NCBI GenBank assembly: GCA_030390025.1
Contig: CM059431.1
Span: 157,854,001 to 157,918,000, forward strand
Source: Squalus acanthias
Taxonomy: Eukaryota
DNA: 64,000 nt
Direction: 5' to 3'
Shown here: one piece after another, positions 50,471 to 64,000 of the stretch
How positions within the stretch are numbered: position 1 is the stretch's first letter
Layout of the letters: each line of letters starts with the position of its first letter
Program-made: the position numbers and the translations under genes
Notes under the pieces: model-generated
Told to the model about the DNA's origin: nothing
What the model saw: the letters and a program-made list of their open reading frames with translations, nothing else
Databases searched by the model: none

Positions 50471-51229
50471 AGTGGAGAATAGCGTGAAAAGTAATAATAA
50501 TGTAAATTATAATGCGGTAGTGAAGCATGGGTGGCAGAATAAAAATAAATTGAAATGAGCAGATGCCTGGAAGAAGCACGTTCTGATACGGGAAAAGATG
50601 GAGAGCCAATTGAGTATGTAAATTGCGTTGCTGGGCTGGGAGTGGGCTGCAAATGACAAACGGAATGCTGGAGAGCGTGTCTTACTGCAGAACAACTGAA
50701 CATGCGCCGGAGAGTGAACAGAGCGTCTAATAATCTCACCATCGGTAACGCCCTAATAATGTAACTCATTGCAAACAAAGCTTCTTTCTGTATTCTGTAT
50801 CTAGCTTAATAAATAATGAGACATTTCAATAAGTACCAGGCACGACAAAGTGCTGGAATTCTAAGATTCTTATCTTCAACATTGATTTTTTTATTTACCA
50901 AATTTATCGGCAGTGCATTTTTATGATCGTTTACAGACTCCATCGATTCGGATAACCAGTTCCTCACTTATTGGAATCCCATTGCATTATGGTAAATCGG
51001 AATTCACTTTTGATAGGATTGGCGTTATTTGTTATGTTTATGTTTCAAATCGTATATTTGTTACACGGATATTGTAATGGGAGATATTGAATGTTCGAAC
51101 AAAGATTAGCTGTCTTAATTTTCGGCAAAAAGCAGGTAATGCACTGATTTAAATATACTGTCCGAATTAATCACAGAATAACGATGGACAGTTAAATTGA
51201 AAGATCTAATGCCACAAGTGATTTTTTAA

Positions 51230-51605
51230 TAATTCGTTTATGGGATCAGGGCGTCGCTGGCAATACCATCAGTTATTGCCCATCCCTAGTTGCCTTTGAG
51301 AAGGTGGTGGTGAGCCACCTTCTTGAACCGCTGCAGTCCTAGTGGTGAGGGTACTCCCACAGTGCTCTTAGGTACGGAGTTCCAGGATTTTGACTCAGCG
51401 ACGATGAAGGATCGGCGAAATACTTCTAAGTCAGGATGGGGCGTGACTTGGAGGGGATCCTGGAGGTGGTGGCGTTCACATGCGCCTGCTGCCCCTGTCC
51501 TTCTAGGTGGAAGAGTTCGCGGGTTTGGGAGGTGCTGCCGAAGAACCCTTGTCGACATGCTGCAGTGCATCTTGTAGGTGGTACACACTGCAGCCACGGT
51601 ACGAC
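51230..51605 (-). mobile_element. LINE 3' end (family of 12761-13552)
   Basis: RTVAAVCTTYKMHCS...FKKVAHHHLLKGN* followed by the 3' UTR. Confidence 0.88.
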
Positions 51606-51952
51606 GGTGACTCGACATCGTTGTCAGTCTTTCCAGTTTAAAAAAAACCACAAACCCCCCCCCCCCAAAAAAAAAACCCAAAAATAAGTTAAAAGCTCAA
51701 CTGCAGACGGCAGGATTTGACACGTTGGACCCCCTGTGACCCTACTCATTGTCTTAGCTGTACTCATGTGTCTTTGATGTAATGCCTCCCTAAAAGATTG
51801 TATCTCTGCAGACAAATTGCTTACTGTGTTTATATAGTGTGTAATAGATTCCCTCATTGTACCTTTACCTGACGAAGGGGCAACAGCTCCGAAAGCTCGT
51901 AATTTTAAATAAAACTGTTGGACTATAACCTGGTGTTGTGCGACTTCTCATG
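51606..51952 (+). mobile_element. Penelope-like pLTR of a diverged subfamily
   Basis: Colinear with 47475-47812 and ends at the same CGACTTCTCAT boundary. Confidence 0.8.
51865..51902 (+). ncRNA. Minimal type I hammerhead ribozyme motif
   Basis: UUAC-CUGACGA-A-GGGGC-aaca-GCUCC-GAAA-GC-UC-GUAA. Confidence 0.8.
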
Positions 51953-52253
51953 TTTGTTTATTTAGAAATAGAGAAATACAAGGGAATACAACAAATGAAA
52001 CGGGGGACGGGGAATCACAACCACATCAGATTGTATTTGATACGGAAATGTAATGATTAATTATTCAATCCTTTCTATTTTAGCTGCTGAGTTTGGATGA
52101 TGTGGTTGAATGCAGGTCGCCCTCTCAGGATTACAGCTGGGTGTAGAACATCACTGACTGATGGAACTATATCCTCTGCCTGCTGCCTGATTCGCGCCTT
52201 AAATGCTGTCGGTTGTCTGGATCCACTTAAATGAGATTGTGCCTCAAACACAC

Positions 52254-54252
52254 GGGAACGGTACAATAGTGATAATGTCACTGGGCTAGTAATCCAAAGG
52301 CCTGGAATAATGATACGGAAACGTGAATTCAAATCGCACCACGGCAGCTTGGTTTAAATTCAGTTAATTAAATCAATCTGGAATAAAAAGCCAGTATCAG
52401 TAATGGTAACCATGAAACTATCGGATTGTCATTAAACTCATTTGGTTCGCTAATGTCCTTTCGGGAAGGAAATCTACCGTCCTTAACTGGCCTATATGTG
52501 ACTCCACATCCACAGCATTGTGGTTGACTCTTAACTGCCCTCTGAAATGAGGGATCGATCTTGGCTACGGCAACGACTCTGCAAAGTGCTCCTCACCACC
52601 ATCTGAGGACTTGTGCCAAAATTGGGGGCACTGTCTCACAGCCTGAAGACTTGCTTCGAAAACAGCCATAGTCATACTTACAGATTTATACCATTCAGCA
52701 AATATCCCAAACTATTCCATCACCATCCCGGGTTATGGTAAATCAGTACTCCTCCATTTTGAACACCACTTGTAAGAAGCACAGAGAGTACCAAGGGCAC
52801 AAAATGTACTCTGGGTGGGGGACTTCCATGTCCATCACTTAAGAGTGGCTCAGTCACACCGAATACTGACAGAGCTGGCTAAATCCTGGAGCACACAGCT
52901 GCCAGTCTAGGCCTGCGACACGCGGTGAGAGAACCAACACGTGGGAAAAAACCTACTTGACCACGTTCTCACCAATCTACCCGTCGCAAATGCATTGGTC
53001 CATGACATTATTGACCACTGCACAGTCATTGTGGAGACGAAGACCCGTCTTCACATTGAGGACACCCTCCAAAGTGTTGTGTGGCACTACCACCGTACTG
53101 AATGGGATAGATTCAGAACAGATATAACTGGGCATCTGTGGGCCATCAGCAACAGCAGAATTGTATTCCTCCAAAATCTGTAATGTCACGGCCCAGTATA
53201 TCCCTCACTCTACCATTACCATCAAGCCAGGGTACCAACCCTGGTTCAATAAGGAGTATAGACGAGCATGCCAGGAGCAGCACCAGCCGTACCCAAAAAT
53301 GAGGTGCCAACCTGGGGAAGCTGCAACACAGAAGCCGCCGCTATAAACAGGGCTATTCGATCCCACAATAAACGTATCACATCAAAACTCTTCAGTCCAT
53401 ATCGGCCTACTCCTGAGGTCCAGGCCATCACAGAAGCCAGTCTTCAGGCAATTCGATTCACTCCACATGATATCAAGACACGGCTGAATGCACTGGATAC
53501 AACACATGCTATGGGCCCGGATATCATTCCGGCTATCCTGCTGATGACTTGTGCTCCAGGACTAGCCGCGCCTCTAGCCAAGATATTCCAGTAAAGATAC
53601 AACACTGGCATCTATCCGACAATGTGGAAAATTGCCCAGGTATGTCCTGTCCACATAAAGCAGATCAAAACTAACTATTCTGCGGCGAGTGTCTCAACTC
53701 CTGTCTCCACAAAGCCTCTCCAACATCTCCAAGGGACAAAAAGGAGTGTGATGGGATACTCTCCTCTTGCCTGGATGAGTGGAGCTCCAAAATACTCAAG
53801 AGGTTCTACACAATCCAGGACAAAGCAGTGCACTTGATTGGCACCCCATGCATCACCATACCATTCACTCCCTCGACCAGCGGCGTACCGTGGCTGCAGT
53901 GTGCTTCATCTGCAAGATGTACTGCAGAAGCACGCCAAGGCTTCTTCGGCACCATCTCCCAAACACGCGACCTCTTCCACCTAGAAAGACAAGTGCAGCA
54001 GACTCATGGGAACTCCACGAACTCCAAGTTCCGCTCCAGTCACACACCTATATTGCCGATGCATCATCGTCGCTGGGTCAAAATTCTGGAAATCCCTCTC
54101 TAACTGCACTGTGGGAGTACCTTCACTACACGGACTGTAGGCGGTCAAGAAGGCGAATTTCCACGACTTTCTTAAGGGCAATTAAACATGCGGAATAAAT
54201 GCTGGCCTTGCCAGCGAAGCCCGCACCCCATGAACGAATACATTTAAAAAAG
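52254..54252 (+). mobile_element. Internally deleted LINE with a tRNA-like 5' head
   Basis: SINE-like head at 52254-52550, then APE endonuclease remnants (GDFHVH, NLLDHVLTN), AMGPDIIP, MWKIAQVCPVH, the family 3' UTR and an A tail. Confidence 0.85.
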
Positions 54253-56859
54253 GTTTACTGTTTCCTATTGTACTGTTTCCTATGTTTCCTGTTTCTGATG
54301 TTTCCGTTTTCCTATGTTTAATGGTTCCAGCTTTTCGTGTTTTCTTTTTTATACTTTTTCCGATGTTTCCTGTTTCCTACATTTACAGTTTCCTATATTT
54401 ACTGTTTCCTACATTTCCTCTATATCTTGTTTTAGAGTTTCCTATCTTCAACGTTTCCTATGTTTAATGTTTCCATTGTTCTCTGTGACCTATGTTTAAT
54501 TTTGCCAATGCTTCCTAATTCCTATGTTTACTGTTTCCTGTATTTCATCTTTTATTTTTTCACTGTTTTCTATTTTCAATATTTCCTATGTTTAATTTTC
54601 CCTACATTTACTCTTTCCCATGTTTCCCGATTCCTACATGTCCTGTTTTTCTTTTTTTTTACTGTTTTCTATGTTCAACGTTTTCTATGATTAATGTTTC
54701 CATTGTTTCCTTTTTCCTATGTTTATTTTGCCAATGCTTCCTATTTCATATGTTTACTATTTCCTGTATTTACTACTTTCTTGCTTGATTGTTTCCTACG
54801 ACCAATATTTCCTATGTTTAACGTTTCCAGTATTTCCTGTTTCTGATGTTTAATGTTTCCCATGTTTCCCAATTCCTACCTTTCCAATGTTTCCTATTTT
54901 CTTTGTTGTCTGTTTCTTATGTTTCCACTTTTCTATATTTTCTGTATTTCCTATATTTCCTATATTTACTATGTTTCCTAAGTTTAATGTTTCCTATATT
55001 TACTTATTCCTATGTTTCCTGTTTCCGAAGTTTACTACTTCCTATGATAATATTTCCTATGTTTCCTATTTCCTAAGCTAACTGTTTCCTAAATTTCTGC
55101 TTTTCTTTTTTCACTGTTTCCTTTGTTTCCTCTGTTTCCTGTTTTCTATTTTTCCTATTTTCTATGTTTCCTGTTCCTTACGTTTCCTGTTTACTATGTT
55201 TCCTGTTTCCTATGTTTACTGTTTCATATTGTTCCTGTTTTTAATGTTTCGTTTTCCTATGATTACATTTTCATATATTCACTTTTTCTAATTTTTTCTG
55301 TTTACTATGGTCCAATATTTCTTATATTTCCATTTGCCTATGTTCCCTTTACTGATTCATATGTTTACTATTTCCTACTTTTAGTCTTTTCCCTGTTGCC
55401 TTTTCCCTATGTTTACTTTTTCCTATGTAGCATGTTTCCTATGTTTACTGTTTCCTATCTTTCCTGATTCCTATTTTCGATGTTTCCTCTTTCCTACGTT
55501 TACTGTTTCTTATGTTTTGTGTTTCCTATGTTTACTGTTCCCTATGTAATTGTTTCCTATGAATCCTGTTTCTTATGCTAACTTTTTCCTGTAGTTTTTA
55601 CTTCCTTTTTCCTGTATACTGTTTTCACTATCATATTTTGCCTTTTTCATAAGTTCCATGTTTCCTATGTTTAAGGTTTGTTATAGTTTCTTTTCCTTAG
55701 GATTCCTATTTCATGTTTGCTATGTTTTCCATATCCTATGCTTATTATTTCGTATATTTACTATACCCCATGTTTCCTGTTATCTATGTTTACTCTTTCC
55801 TCATCCCTATATTTACTGTGTCCTATGTTTACTGTTTCTTAAGTGACCTATTTTCTATGTTTATTATTTCGTATCATACAATCGTGGAAATTGACGCCAC
55901 AGAAGGAGGCCATGGTGTCTGCACCATTTTTCCTTTGTCTTCGTTTTATTGCTTACTATGTTTCCTGTTTCCGATGTTTACATTTTCTTTTGTTTCCTGC
56001 TCCCTATGTTTACAGTCTCTAATTTTGCCTCTTTCCTATATTCAGTGTTTCCTGTTCTTTATTATTTTTATTTCCTGATTGCTGTCGACTGTTTACTGTA
56101 TGATATCTTTCCTTTTTCATAAGTTCCATGTTTCCTAGGTTTCTTGTAGTTCCTTTTCCCTAGGATTCCTATTTCCTGTTCCCTATGTTTTCCGTATCCT
56201 ATGCTTATTATTTCGTATATTTAATAAATCCTGTTTCCTGTTCCCTACTTTTACTATTTTCTATTCCCTATATTTTCTGTATCCTATGTTTACTGTTTCT
56301 TTTGTTACTTATTTTCTATGTTTATTCTTTCTAATCATACAGCCGTGGAAATTTACGCCAGAGAAGGAGACGTTGGTGTCTGTACCTTTTCTCCTTTTTC
56401 TTCATTTTACGGATTAACATGTTTATGTTTCCTATGTTTCCTTTTGCCTATGTTTACTGTCTCTTATGTTGCCTGTTTCCTATGTTTACTGCTTCCTATG
56501 TTATACATTTCCTCTCTTTCCTGTACACTCCGTTTAATTATTCCAATGTTTCATATGTATCCTGTTAACGGTGTTTCCTCTTTTTTCTGTTTACTGTTTT
56601 CCGTTTCATTTGCTTCCTGTTTCCTATATTTCATGTTTCCTATGTTTAATGTTGACGATGTTTTGTCTGTCCTATAATTTCTATTTTCGTTTTTTACTGT
56701 TTCCTATGGTTCTTGTTTCCTTTGTTACAGGTTTATTATTTTTCCGATTTACTATGTTTAATGTTTCATATTTTTCCTTTTATATATGTTTAATCGTTCC
56801 GCAGCTTCTTATGTTTCCTCTTTATGTTTCCTGGTTGCTATGTGTCCCGTTTCATACAG

Positions 56860-58300
56860 AGAAGGATTGGTGGATAGCAAATGTAATACGTATATATAAG
56901 AAGGGAGATAAAACATGTCCAGGGAACTATAGACCAGTCATCTTAACAACGGTGGTAGGAAGAATAATGGAATATTTACCAAAGGGAAAAATAGGAGTAC
57001 ATCTAGTAAACAAAAAACAAAATAACGAATATTCAGTATGGATTTCAAAAGGAAAAGTCTTGCTTCACCAACCTCATTGAATTTTTTGAAGAGTTAACAC
57101 AGTTCTCAGACAAGGTTCATGTTGTCGATGTAATTTATGTAGATTTTCAAAAGGCCTTCGATATGTTACCACGTAATGGCCTAATGAATAAGGTCAGAGA
57201 ATGTGGAGTCAATGGACACGAAGCAGAATAGCTAGCTCGCTGGCTCCAAGACAGAAAGCAGAGAGTAGGGGGAAAGTGTAGCAATACAACGTAGTAGAAG
57301 GTGGGAATACCAGTTCCACAAGGATCAGTGTTGGAACAAATGTTGTTCACTATTCATATGAAAATTTATTCTTTGTAATTAAAAGCACAATTTAAAAATT
57401 TGCGGATGATATCAAATTGGGGGGGGGGGGGATCAAAACTGAGGAGGTCTGCAAATAATTACAGGAATAATGGTCATATAATTGGCAAATAAATTGCAAC
57501 ACAGATAAATGTGAGGTATTACATTTAGTCACGAAGAATAAGGAGGTCACATATTGGACTATGGGATCTGGGTGGTATAGAGGAACGAAGGGATCTCGGA
57601 GTACAAACACACACGTCATTAAAGTAGCAATACAGTTTAACAAGGCCATAAAAAAGCACACCAAGCACTAGGGTTTATTTCTAGAGGGATAGAATTGAAA
57701 AGTAGTGACTCTTTGCTAAACTTATATCGAACGTTGGTTAGACCACACTTGGAGTACTGCGTACAATTCTGATCGCCTTATTATAAAAAGAGTATAAAGA
57801 TCACCGGAGATGGTGCAGAGAAGATTTCCAAGGATGATACCAGAAATGCGAGGGTATACATACCAGGAAAGGATGAATAGGTTGGGTCTCTTTTCTCTTG
57901 AAAAGAGATGGCTGAAGGTTGGCCTAATAGAGCTTTAAAAATTATGAAAGGTTTTGATAGAGTAGATTCAGAGAGAAATATTTCCACTTGTGTGGAATTC
58001 AAGGCTATCAATATAAGATAGTCACCAGAAATCAAGAAGGACATGTAGAAGAAAGTTCTTTACCCAAAGTGTGGTGAGATTTTTGAAATCGCATCCACGG
58101 GGACTGTTTGAAGCGAATAGTATAGATGCATTTAAGGGGCTGTTAGATAAGCATATGAGGGAGAAGGGAATAAAGGGTTATGCTGATAGAGTTAGCTGAG
58201 GAAAGAAGGGAGGAGGCTCGAGTGGAGAATAAACGCTGGCATTTACTGGTTATGTTGAATGGCCTGCTTCTTTGCTGTATATCCAATGAAATCCTATGTA
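56860..58300 (+). mobile_element. 5'-truncated decayed CR1 inside the satellite
   Basis: DWWIANVIRIYKKG...PGNYRPV, FADDIKL and RPHLEYC motifs, and a CR1 tail. Confidence 0.88.
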
Positions 58301-59825
58301 ATATGTTTCACGTTTCCTATATTTCCTGTTTCCTATATTTCATGTTTCCTATATATACTGTTTCTTATATTCCTTCTTTCCTATGGTTCCTGACTCCTAT
58401 GCTTAATATTTCTATATTTCCTATTTCCTAAGTTTAATGTTTCCTATATTTCCTCTTTACCTTTTTTGATGTTTCCTATGTATACGTTTTGCTATGTTTA
58501 CTGTTTCCTATGTTTACTGTTTCATATTTTTATTGTTGCCTTTTTTCTTGCTTCCTAAGTTCAATGTTTCGAATGTATATTGTTTCGTATTTTAAAAATT
58601 CCTACGATTAATGTTCCTTATATTTACTATTAACTACGTTTCCAGTCTCTAATATTTCCTCTTTGTTATATTTGCTTTTTCCCATGTTTACTGTTTCCGA
58701 TGTTTACTCTTCCGTATGCTTCTTATGTTTCCTCTTTCCAATGTTTAATGTATCTTTTGTTTCCTATAACCTATGTTTACTATTTCTTCCGTTTCGTGTT
58801 CCTTATATTTCATGTTTCCTATATTTACTGCTTCCCATGTGTCCTGTTTCCTTTATTTACCGATTACTATGTTTATTTTCTTTCCTGTTTCCTATGTTTA
58901 ATATATTCTTATGTTTACTGTTAACTATATTTCCTGTGTCTTATATTTCCTGATTTCGATGGTTTTATCTTTTTATTGTTTCTTCTGTTTCCCGTGTCCA
59001 ATGTTGACTGTTTCCTAAATTTCCTACAGTTTCCTATCTTCACTGTTTCTTATATAAACTGTTCACTGTGGCCCATGTTTCTTATATTTCCATTTGCCGA
59101 TGTTCCCTTTTCCCATATTTACTGTTTCTTATGTTTATTATAAATATGTTTCATGTTTGCTTTTTCCCCTGTTCCCTACGTTTATTCAGTCGTCTGTTGC
59201 CTGTTCCCTATGTTTACTGCTTCCTATGTTGCATGTTTCCTGTATTTATTGTTTTTATGTGTCCTATGTTTACTGTTTTTTATGTTTGCCGTTTGCTATG
59301 ATTAATGTTCCCTGTGTTTACTGCTTCCTCTATTTATATTTTCCTATGTTTATTTTTTCCTATATTTCCTGCTTCCAATGATAACTGTTTCTTATGTTTC
59401 CTGTTGCCTATGTTTAATGTTTTCTGTGTTTAATGTTTCTTATATTTACGGTTCCCTATATTTACTGTCTGCGATGTTGCCTGTTTCCTATATTACATGT
59501 TCCTTATGTTCTCTGTTTCACTTGGTTCCTATTTTCAATATTTACCGTTTCATTTATTTCTTGTTGCATATCTTTCATGCTTCCCATGTTTCTTCTTTCC
59601 TATGTTTACGGTTTCCTATTATCCTGTTTCCTATATTTCCTGTTACTTATGTTTAATGTCTCCTACGTTAACTTTTTCCATTGTTAACACTGTTCTTTAT
59701 TTTTTGTTTCCTATATTTCCTGTTACTTAGTTTTACTGTTTCCATTGTTTCCTTTTTCCTTTGTTTACTGTTTCCTATACTTCCTGTTTCATTTGTTCCC
59801 TCTTTCCAGTATTCACTGTTCCATT

Positions 59826-62523
59826 GGAACGGTAGCATAGTGGTAATGTAACTGGGCTAGTAATCCACAGGCCTGGACTAATGATCCAGAGATTCAGTTA
59901 ATTAAATAAATCTGGAATAAAAAGTGAGCAACCATGAAACTATCGGACTATTGGATTGTCGTAAAAAAACCATCTGGTTCACTAATGTCCTTTAGGGAAG
60001 GAAATCTGCCCTCGTTACCTGAACTATATGTGACTCCAGACCCACAGCAATGTGGTTGATTCGTAACTATCCTGTAAAATGGGCTGGCATAGCACTCAGT
60101 CGTAACAAACCGCTTCTAAACACAATATTAAGAATGAAACCGGACGGACCACCCGACATCCACCTCGGCATTGGCTTGGACACGGCAACAGCACACCAGG
60201 GCGACCCTGCAAAGTCCTCCTGATAAACATCAGGGGACTTGTGGCAAAATTGGGAGAGTTGTCAAGCAACAGCGTGACATAATCATAATCGCAGAATCAT
60301 CAATTTCAAACAATGTCCCAAACACCTCCAACAAAATCCCAGGCTATGTCCTGTCCCAGCGGCAGGACAGACCCACCAGTGTTGGCGGCACATTGGCATA
60401 CAGTCGGGAGGGAGTGGCCCTTGGAGTCCTCGACATTCACTCCGGACCCCATGAAGTCTCATGGCTTCAGGTCAAGTCAAGTATGGGCAAGTAAACCAAC
60501 TTCTGATTACAACCTACCGCCACCCCCTCAGCTGATGAATCAGTAACTCCTCCATGTTGAACACCACTTGGAAGAAGCACTGAGAGTAGCAAGGGCACAT
60601 AATTTACTGATATCCATTACCAAGAGTGGTTCGGTAGCACCACTACTGACCGAGCTGGCCGAGTCGTGATGGGTGTAACTGCCAGTCTGGGCCTGAGACA
60701 GGTGGTGAGCGAAGCAGCACGACGGAAAAACCTACTGGAACTCGTCCTCACCTAACTAGCCGTCGCAGATGCATATTTCCATGACAGTATTGGTAGCAGT
60801 GACCACCGCGCAGTCATTGTGGATACGAAGTCCCGTCTTCACACTGACGACACCCTCCATCGTGTTGTGTTGCACTACCACCTTGCTAAATGGGATAGCT
60901 TCAGAACAGATCTAGCAGCTCAAAAACTGGGCATCCATGAGGTGCTGTGGGCCATGTGCAGCAGCCGAATTGTATTCCACCCCAATCTGTAACCTCATGG
61001 CCCGGCATATCACTAACTCTACCATTACCATCAAGCAAGGGGACCAACCCTGGTTCAATAAGGAGTGCAGAAGAGCATGCCAGGAGAAGCACTAGGCGTA
61101 CCTAAAAATGAGGTGCCAACCTGGGGAAACTGCAACACAGGACTACATGCATGCTAAAAAGCGGAAGCAGCATGCGATAGAAGGGCTAAGCCATCCCACA
61201 ATCAACGGATCGGATCATAGCTCTGCAGTCCTGCTACATCCAGTCGTGAACGCTCGTGGACCATTGAACAACTAACAAGAGGCGGAGGCTTCATAAATAT
61301 CCCCATCCTCAATGATGGTGGAGCCCAGCACGTCAGCGCAAAAGATAAGGCTTAGGCATTTGCAACCTTCTTCAGCCAGAAGTGCCGTGTGGCTGATCCA
61401 TATCGGACTACACCTGAGCTCCCCACCATCACAGAAGCCAGTCTTCAGTCAATTCGATTCAGTCCATGTGATGTCAAGAAAAGGCTGAGCGGACTGGATA
61501 CAGCAAATTCTATGGGCCCCCAAAACAACCCGACTATCGTGCTCCCGAACTAGCCGCAACTCTAGCCAAGCTGTTCCCGTGCAGCTACAACACTGGCATC
61601 TATCCGACATCTTGGAAAACTGCTCAAGTATGTCCTGTCCACAAAAATCAGGACAAATCCAATCCGGCCAATTATTGCCCAATCAGTCTACTCTCAATCA
61701 TCATCAATGTGATGAAACGTATCATCGACAGCGCTATCAAGCGGCACTTACTAACCAGTAACCTGCTCACTGATGCCCAGTTTCGGTTCCCCAATAGACC
61801 ACGCGGCTCCCTATCTTATTACAGCCTTGGTCCAAAGGAACTGAATTCCTGATGTGACGTGAGAGTAACTGCCCTTGACATAAAGGCAGCATTTGACCGA
61901 GTGTGACATCAAGGAGCCCTAGTAAAACTGAATTCAGTGGGATTCGGGGTGGAAAACATAACACTGGCTGGAGTAATACCTAACACAAAGGAAGATGGTT
62001 GTCGTGATTGAGGTCAATCATCACAGCCCCAGGACATCGCTGCAGGAGTTCCTCAGGGAAGAGTCCAAGGCCCAATCATCTTCAGCTGCTTCATCAATGA
62101 TCTTCCCTCCACCACCTTAAACGTTCACTCCCTCCACCAGAGGCGTACCGTGGCTGCAGTGTGCACCATCTACAAGATGCACAATAACAAATAACCAAGG
62201 CTTCTTCGGCATCACCTCCCAAACCCGCGAACTCGCCCACCTAGAAGGCCAAGGGTGGCAGGTGCATGGGAACACCACCACCTCCAAGTTCCCCTCAAAT
62301 TCACACACCATCCTGACTTAGAAGCATATCGCCGATCCTTCATCGTAGCTGGTTCAAAATCCTGGAACTCCCTCCCTAACAGCACTGTGGGAGGACCATC
62401 ACCACACGGACTGCAGCAGTTCAAGAAGGCGGCTCGCCACCACCTTCTCAAGGGCAGTTAGGAATGGGCAATAAATGCTGGCCTTGCTAGCGACGCCCAC
62501 ATCCCATAATGGAATATGAAAAA
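59826..62523 (+). mobile_element. Longer decayed copy of the tRNA-headed LINE (5' head, APE, partial RT, 3' UTR)
   Basis: A box TAGCATAGTGG (59833-59843), then KVLLINIRGL, DIIIIAES, GSSDH, NYCPISLL, DIKAAFDRV and GVPQG. An internal deletion lies near 62115. Confidence 0.88.
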
Positions 62524-64000
62524 GTGTTTAAACTTTCCTACGTTTAAAGTTCCCTATAATTGTTGTTTCCTCTGTTTACTTTTCCGTTATTTAAAGTTAC
62601 TATTTTTACAGTTTCTTCTGTTTCCCCTTACCTCTGCTTCGTATTTCTTTTGTATCCTCTTTCCTATGTTTATTGTTTCCTTTGTTTAATATTTCTTATG
62701 TTTACTATTACCTAAGTTTCCTGTTTCCGATGTTTCCTGTTTCCTAGGATTATTTGATGTTTCCTATGTTTACTGATTCTTATGTTTCATGTTTCATATG
62801 ATTTAGTGATTCTTATATATCCTGCTTCCTCTGATTAATATTCCCTATGATTCCTGTTCGTGCTGATTCCTGTCTCTGCTGATTCTGTTTCCCATGTTTA
62901 CTGTTTCCTCTGTTTCCTCTTTTCTTTATTTTTTACTGTTTCCTTACGTTACATTTTGTTTAATATCCCATTTCCTATAACTTCGTTGTCCTGTATTTCC
63001 GCTTTTAGATGATTACTGTTTCCTCTGTTTCCTTTCTTTGTTACTGTTTCTCATGTGTCATGTTTCCAATGTTGACTCTTTCCTATATTTACATTTTAGT
63101 TTGTTTCCTCTCTCTTATATTTCATGTTTCCAAAATTTCTATTTCTTATATTTCCTGTTGGCTATGGTTACTGCTTCCTATAATTCCTCTTTCCTATATT
63201 TTCTGTTTCGTCTGTTTCCTGTGTCCTATGATTTGCCATTCCAACGTTTACACGTCCTTTAGTTTCCTCTTTCACTTCTTTGCTCTTTCCTATGTTTCCT
63301 GTTTCTTATGTTTCTTTTGCCTATATTTACATTATGTTACATGTACTGTTTCCTTAGATTAATGTTTCTTATGTTCCATCTTCCCTATATTTCCTGAATC
63401 GTATGTTTCCTTTTTTCCTATTTATCCTGTGTGTTATCTTGTCCGTTTCCAATGTGAATTGTTTCCAATGTTTACATTTTCTTATATTTCCTATTTTCTA
63501 TGTTTACTGTTTCGTATAGTTACTGTTTCTGTGATTTACTGTTTCCTATGTTTCCTATTTCGTACGTTTCCTGTTTACTATATTTCCTGTTTCATATATT
63601 TCCTGTTGACTATAGTTACAGTGTGTTATGTAGACTGTGTTGTATTTTTAATGTTTCTTATGTTCCATCTTTCCTATGTTTAAGTTTATTATGTTTACTT
63701 TTTCCTGTGTTTCCTGTTTCCTATGTTTACTGTTCATTATGTGTCCTGTTTGCATTGTTTACTGTTTCGTATATTCCTTTTTCCTTCTTTTGCTCTTTAC
63801 AGTATTGAAGCTTTCCTATCTTCCAGCTTTATATGTTTCTTGTTTCCTATATCTGCTGTTTCTGGTGTATCCTGTTCCCTGTTTAAAGTTTATGTTTGCT
63901 GTTTCCTAAGTTTACTGTTTCCTATGCTTACTATTACTTTTGTTTACTGTTTCATTATTCTACTGTTGGTAATGTTTCATGGACGGTATTTTGCGACCCC

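Larger units (their letters stand above)
54253..63975. repeat. T-rich degenerate simple satellite (TTTCCTATG / TTTACTG modules), interrupted by two LINEs
   Basis: Continuous variants of TGTTTCCTATGTTTAC across ~9.7 kb, including the inserts. Confidence 0.93.

Noticed and set aside
50084..50778. 127-aa and 216-aa ORFs
   Set aside because: No recognisable domain, non-ATG starts and overlap on opposite strands; likely chance.
54282..63909. Many hydrophobic Phe/Leu/Cys-rich ORFs resembling membrane proteins
   Set aside because: They are a compositional artefact of T-rich simple repeat.

Overview
This is eukaryotic, repeat-dominated vertebrate DNA. The HE1-type V-SINE, Deu-domain SINEs, CR1 LINEs, GPR139-like receptor genes and FISNA-NACHT NLR suggest a cartilaginous fish such as a shark (inference). 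No intact protein-coding gene is supported. Host-gene content is one four-exon NLR (NACHT-LRR) pseudogene and two GPR139-like GPCR pseudogenes. There are also two CpG-rich promoter-like islands and a decayed ~1.9-kb tandem duplication that may be an unknown small gene. The rest is tandem repeat (61-, 23-, 67-, 39- and ~34-bp units plus a T-rich array) and nested transposons. Four things stand out. (1) Three Penelope-like element remnants carry four minimal type I hammerhead ribozyme motifs with structure-preserving variation and an adjacent candidate three-way-junction RNA; two of these insertions have inverted architecture and target-site duplications. (2) A LINE family, seen twice, has a tRNA-like Pol III head leading into an endonuclease-RT ORF with no ORF1. 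(3) A 1,449-bp solo LTR with a 4-bp TSD is nested in a CR1. (4) A Harbinger-type MITE sits in a CR1 tail. Boundaries of decayed elements are approximate and were read by eye.
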